From Heptranchias perlo (Eukaryota), in assembly GCF_035084215.1 (NCBI RefSeq), contig NC_090337.1, forward strand, positions 27,528,001-27,592,000: a stretch of DNA of 64,000 bases, in the 5' to 3' direction. Shown here one piece after another: positions 60,725 through 64,000 of this stretch (its first letter is position 1; the number at the start of each line of letters is the position of its first letter). Made by a program: the position numbers and the translations under genes. The notes under the pieces were generated by a model that was not told the origin of the DNA, did no database searches, and saw only the letters and a program-made list of their open reading frames with translations.

Positions 60725-62915
60725 CATAGAATCATAGAAGGTTACAGCACAGAAGGAGGCCGTTCAGCCCATCGAGTCCGTGCCAGCTGTATGCATGAGC
60801 AATCCAGCTAGTCCCACTGCCCTGCCCTATCCCCATAGCCCTACACATTTTTTCGTTTCAAGTATTTATACAGTTCCTTTTGAAGGCCATGATAGAATCT
60901 GCCTCCACCAGTCCCTCGAACAGTGCATTCCAAACCCTAATCACTCGCTGTGTAAAAAAGTTTTTCCTTGTGTCACCTTTGGTTCTTTTGCCAAACACCT
61001 TAAATCTATGTCCTCTGGTTCTTGACCCTCCCACCAATGGGAGCAGTTTCTCTCTATGTACTCTGTCTAGACCCTTCATGATTTTGAACACCTCTATCAA
61101 ATCTCCTCTCAACCTTCTCTGTTCCAAAGAGAACAATCCCAGCTCCTCCAGTCTATCCACATAATTTAAGTCCCTTATCCCCGGAATCATTCTAGTAAAT
61201 CTCCTCTGCACCTTCTTTAAAGCCTTCACATCCTTCCTATAATGCGGTGCCCAGAACTGGACACAATACTCCAGTTGTGGCCGAATCAGTGCTTTATAAA
61301 GGTTCATCATGACTTCCTTGCTTTTGTACTCTATGCCTCTATTGATAAAGCCCAGGATCCTGTATGCTTTTTTAACGGCTTTCTCAACCTGCCCTGCCAC
61401 CTTCAATGATTTGTGTACGTAAACCCCCAAATCTCTCTATTCCTGTACCCCTTTTGGAATTGTGCCCTTTAGTTTATATTGCCTCTACTCATTTTTCTTA
61501 TCGAAATGCATCACCTCGCATTTTTCCACATTAAACTTCATCTGCCACTTGTCCGCCCATGCCACCAATATGTCTATATCCTCTTGAAGTCTATCACTAT
61601 CCTCCTCACTGTTGATTACACTTCCAAGTTTTGTGTCATCTGCAAATTTTGAAATTGTGCCCTGTACACCCAAGTCCAAGTCATTAATGTATATCAAGAA
61701 AAGCAGTGGTCCCAGCACCGACCCCTGGGGAACACCATTGTACACCTCCCTCCAGTCCGATAAACAACCATTCACCACTACTCTCTGTTTCCTGAATTTA
61801 GCCAATTCTGTATCCATGTTGCTATTGCCCCTTTTATTCCATAGGCTGCAATCTTAATAGCAAGCCTACCATGTGGCACTTTTTCAAATGCTTTTTGAAA
61901 ATCCATATACACCACATCAACTGCATTGCCCTCATCTACCCTCCCTGTTACCTCATCAAAAAACTCTATCAAGTTGGTTAAACACGATTTGGCTTTCCCT
62001 AATCAATCCACACTCATCCAAGTGACTGTTAATTCTGTCCCGGATTATCGTTTCCAAAAGTTTCCCCACCACTGAGGTTAAACTGACTGGCCTATCATTG
62101 CTGGGTTTATCTTTACACCCTTTTTTGAACAAAGGTGTAACATTTGCAATTCTCCAGTCCTCTGGCACCACTCCCGTATCTAAGGATGTCTGGAAGATTA
62201 TGGCCAGTGCCTCCGCAATTTCCCCCCTTACTTCCCTCAGCATCCTCAGGTGCATCCCATCTGGAGCAGCTGACTTATCTACTTTAAGTACAGCTAGCCT
62301 TTCCAGTACCTCTTCTTTCTCAATTTTTAGTCCATGTAGTATCTTAACTATATCTTCCTTTATAGAGACTCTGGCAGCATCTTCTTCCTTGGTAAAGACC
62401 GATGCAAAGTACTCATTTAGTAGCTCAGCCATGCCCACTACCTCCATGAGTAGATCTCCTTTATGGTCCCTAATCGGCCCCACCCCTCCTCTTATTACCC
62501 GTTTACTGTTAACATGTCTGTAGAAGACTTTTGGATTCCCTTTTATGTTGGCCGCTAGTCTATTCTCATACTCTCTCTTAGCCCCTCTTATTTCCTTTTT
62601 CACTTCCCCTCTGAACTTTCTGTATTCTGCCTGGTTCTCACTTGTGCTATCAACCTGACACCTATCATATGCCACTTTTTTTCCGCTTCTTCTCATTCTC
62701 TATCTCCTTTGTCATCCAAGGAGCTCTGGCTTTAGTTGCCCTACCTTCCTCTCTCGTTGGAATGTACCTTGTCTGTACCTGAATCATCTCCTCTTTAAAG
62801 GCCGCCCACTGTTCAATTACAGTTTTGCCTGCCAATCTATGATTCCAATTTACCCGGGCCAGATCTGTTCTCATCCCACTGAAATTGGCCCTCCTCCAAT
62901 TGACTATTTTTACTC
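60725..62915 (-). mobile_element. 5'-truncated CR1 LINE (ORF2 pseudogene)
   Basis: ORFs 60858-62874 with DFQKAF, GVPQGSVLGPLLF.IYINDL, KFADDTK, FFTQRV; catagaatcatagaa tail. Confidence 0.95.
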
Positions 62916-64000
62916 AATACATTAGAGTTGTAGTTGCATGGAATTCAAGAGGAAAGAGTAGTTTTTCTTTTCATGTGGATAGCTGATAGTGAATTTGAAA
63001 AGATAATTAAAGGTGAAATGAGGTGGTGCAGCACTTTGGTGACTCAACTCATTTTACCAAATAGAACACATCTGTGTCTGATTCATCACACAATGAATTC
63101 CCAATCTCTATCATATGATGATCTTAAAGTATGCTTCCCCACAGGAAAGAAAGGACAACTGAAGAATGAGTCATCCTGGACCACTCTCTTGGACACCTCT
63201 TAGCAGCTAGTTAGTATTTAACACTGGCACAGGGCAGATGAAATGCCTGTTTCCCAGCTGCTGAGAGTGTGTGAAATGGAAAAACAAAGACAGCAAAGGG
63301 GAAAAAGACAAAAATATCATTAAAAAAGCTTCCATTTTCTTATATCTACATGAATCAAATAACTGCATTTGTGGTACCACTGTGATTCATTGGCAAAACA
63401 ATTTGGAATTGGGACATGTAACAACAACATAATTCCTGGCCTGGGTTGTTTTTGGAAAATGAACTAGGCATTAGTGAGTGCGTGGTGGTGGTGATGGGGG
63501 GTGGGGGGGGGGGGTGGAGTTGGTGGTTTAAAGTGGGGTAAGCAGCTCAAGGTGTTATTACAAGAGGCAATAAATTTCATATCACAAAATAACATCTTTA
63601 AAGTCTTACTAAGTTCAATGACAATTCCACCATTTATTTTTCTTTATTCGTTAGTTTTAAACTACAAAATTAGAAATAATATCAGAAATCTTTATAAATA
63701 ATACAGCATTAAATTTCTATGGAAAAGGAAAATGCCTGAATTAATAAGATGCTTCTGTTACTTCATGCCTGTACAGAGATTGACTAAGCTGAACATTTCG
63801 TTCCCAACACTTAGTCAAAAAGATTCTGTAAGTGTGCACTAATGATTCTTGATATACTGGATCTCTGGGAGGAAGTTTCTCTGTATTAATTGGTTTCCTT
63901 GAGAGGTTCTGATGTCACTCCTTTGTACAATTTCAAGATCAATTAAAAGGGACACAAAGATCCAACAGCAGAACGAGACACAAACTGATTTGTAGGCTTA

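Noticed and set aside
63190-63310. Strong minus-strand polypyrimidine acceptor near 63262 as a RhoGEF exon
   Set aside because: The phase-1 frame stops after ~15 codons and there is no recognised homology.
1-64000. CRISPR arrays, rRNA, tRNA genes, prokaryotic operons
   Set aside because: The sequence is vertebrate with spliced genes; no repeat-spacer arrays or intact structural RNA genes seen, and tRNA-like bits are SINE heads.

Overview
Vertebrate genomic DNA, most likely a cartilaginous fish (shark), judged from the repeat content: CR1/HER1-type LINEs, Deu-domain SINEs, GC-rich Harbinger-type elements and Penelope-like termini. Two intron-containing genes lie in tandem on the minus strand. 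(1) A complete 6-exon LAMP-family gene (CDS 16414->1174, 348 aa) with signal peptide, tandem-repeat Thr-rich mucin region, one LAMP domain, TM helix and a GYEAI lysosomal tail; most likely LAMP3/DC-LAMP by synteny. (2) The last seven exons of an MCF2L/Dbs-family RhoGEF (59908->36749), most likely MCF2L2, which here encodes an intact SH3 domain. The rest is intron/intergenic DNA packed with nested transposons. Most notable: three TSD-flanked insertions of one Penelope-like terminus, one forming a perfect 67-bp hairpin that carries a minimal hammerhead-ribozyme motif on each strand; a family of Harbinger-type non-autonomous elements sharing an internal hairpin next to splice-donor-like motifs; and an orphan spliceable 78-codon exon between the two genes. 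All calls were made by eye without database searches.
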